Positions 63,016 to 64,000 of a stretch of DNA of 64,000 nt are shown here, one piece after another; the stretch's first letter is position 1, and each line of letters starts with the position of its first letter. The translations under genes were made by a program, and so were the position numbers. The notes under the pieces were generated by a model. It saw only the letters and a program-made list of their open reading frames with translations, was not told the origin of the DNA and ran no database searches. The DNA comes from Candidatus Nanoarchaeia archaeon (GTDB lineage: Archaea; Nanobdellota; Nanobdellia; Woesearchaeales; JANQNE01): assembly GCA_028279725.1 (NCBI GenBank), contig JANQNE010000012.1, forward strand, positions 71,348 to 135,347, read 5' to 3'.

Positions 63016-63372
63016 TCACCCGAAATAAGATGGTGTTGTTGCTGTGTGCTCTTTGGCTTTTTTTGCAAGCTCTTTGTGTTTCTTTTCAAATTCTTTGATT
63101 GCTTTTGGCTTCTCTATCTTACCGAACTGCTTTTCATAGGCTTCCACCATCTTTGTCAGGAGCTCTATGAAAGCTTTTGCGTTGTGTGGTTCTACTAAAA
63201 TTACGTTATGTTTCAGGTTTATGTTGTGTCCTTGTTTAGACCTCATGTCAATCCTCGGAGTAACTGACTTGAAGTCAAGGACAAACTGTGTTGGGTTGAA
63301 ACTGACTGAAGCTTCGTGTGCGAAAAAAGCTTCTCCGTCGTTAATATTAACATTTAGCTGTTGTTCTGGCAT
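63016..63372 (-). CDS. DUF3467-like small protein
   Basis: NDGEAFFAHEASVSFNPTQFVLDF pattern. Confidence 0.45.
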   Translation of the reverse strand: MPEQQLNVNINDGEAFFAHEASVSFNPTQFVLDFKSVTPRIDMRSKQGHNINLKHNVILVEPHNAKAFIELLTKMVEAYEKQFGKIEKPKAIKEFEKKHKELAKKAKEHTATTPSYFG

Positions 63373-63384
63373 TTTTATTCCTCC

Positions 63385-63837
63385 TTATTCTAGGACTTTT
63401 CCTAGTATGTAACATTTTTCGTTAGGCCTATAGTGTGATTTTAATTCACCTTCTACTTTGTATCCGTGGAACTTGTAGAATTTTAGGGATTCTTTTTCAA
63501 GTTCTGAAACATGGATCTCTATCTTTCCTGTTATGATCATATTCTCTGCTGTTTTTAGAAGGGCTGATCCTATCCTTTTATCCTGGAATTCTTTTTTTAC
63601 TGCAATGTGTTTAAGTCTTGATCTTTTGTGGTCTTCTGTTGAATAGTCTATCTTTACTAAGATTCCTCCGATGACTTGGTTGTCTTCTACTGCTATAAGA
63701 AGTTCTCCTTCAATGTTTTCTAAGTATTTTACTATCTCTTCTTCTGATTTGCTGAATATGTTGTGTGTCTTGAAAGTGTCTTTGTAGATCTTTGCAAGCT
63801 CGTTCAAGTCTTCCTGTTTTGCTGTTCTGATTTCCAT
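63385..63837 (-). CDS. GNAT-family N-acetyltransferase
   Basis: LKHIAVKKEFQDKRIGSALLKTAE (the Q/RxxGxG/A motif). Confidence 0.7.
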   Translation of the reverse strand: MEIRTAKQEDLNELAKIYKDTFKTHNIFSKSEEEIVKYLENIEGELLIAVEDNQVIGGILVKIDYSTEDHKRSRLKHIAVKKEFQDKRIGSALLKTAENMIITGKIEIHVSELEKESLKFYKFHGYKVEGELKSHYRPNEKCYILGKVLE

Positions 63838-63838
63838 C

Positions 63839-64000
63839 TTATCTTAATATCTTGTATGATAATATTTGTTTTAGCTTGTTTTTGCTCGGTATAAGATCCT
63901 GGAGTTTTCCTCCCTGGATCAGTTTTCCGCCAGATTCTAAGTAAATTTTGTACTGTCTTACAGATTCTGGGTCGTTTTTGTCAACAAGATAGTTTAATGT
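63839..64000 (-). CDS. C-terminal fragment of a protein whose gene begins beyond the window
   Basis: The minus-strand frame ...YLVDKNDPESVRQYKIYLESGGKLIQGGKLQDLIPSKNKLKQILSYKILR is open to a stop at 63839, directly abutting the GNAT start. Confidence 0.3.
   Translation of the reverse strand, partial: TLNYLVDKNDPESVRQYKIYLESGGKLIQGGKLQDLIPSKNKLKQILSYKILR

Noticed and set aside
1-64000. CRISPR arrays, rRNA genes, integrase/transposase genes, inteins
   Set aside because: No array of regularly spaced short direct repeats, no rRNA-like conserved blocks and no recombinase or transposase motifs were seen on manual scanning. The only mobile-element signature is the tRNA-repeat-flanked LAGLIDADG cassette.

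Overview
This 64 kb window is AT-rich and coding-dense. It reads as archaeal, probably from a small-genome DPANN-like lineage; that placement is inference from gene content. The archaeal markers are ribosomal protein L15e, an archaeal-type NMN adenylyltransferase, KaiC/RadA-like ATPases, geranylgeranyl reductases with a GGPP synthase, a tRNA carrying a canonical 37/38 intron, and a tRNA-Gln with an A1:U72 acceptor pair. Housekeeping genes include ppsA, pyk, aroD, rad50, idsA and a bacterial-type grpE-dnaK-dnaJ cluster. No CRISPR array or rRNA gene was found. The candidates for a novel system are: (i) a sensor histidine kinase followed by two tandem pairs of receiver domain plus a Walker-A-degenerate RecA/KaiC-like protein; (ii) an approximately 1967-aa Cys/Trp-rich surface protein; (iii) three tandem geranylgeranyl-reductase paralogs; (iv) a free-standing LAGLIDADG endonuclease gene bracketed by 26-bp direct repeats of a tRNA 3' end, beside an intron-containing tRNA; (v) a convergent cluster of two ATP-grasp ligases, two class-I amidotransferase-like proteins and a GNAT; (vi) a four-gene operon led by an atypical ParA/MinD-like ATPase with three bitopic membrane proteins; (vii) a 16-nt motif, CTACGCTTGGTGCTAT, shared by the pyk and U32-peptidase promoters; (viii) an internally duplicated lysine-rich mini-protein; (ix) a fusion of two Lrp/AsnC modules to a cytidylyltransferase. 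All functional calls come from motifs read directly in the translated ORFs; no database search was possible.
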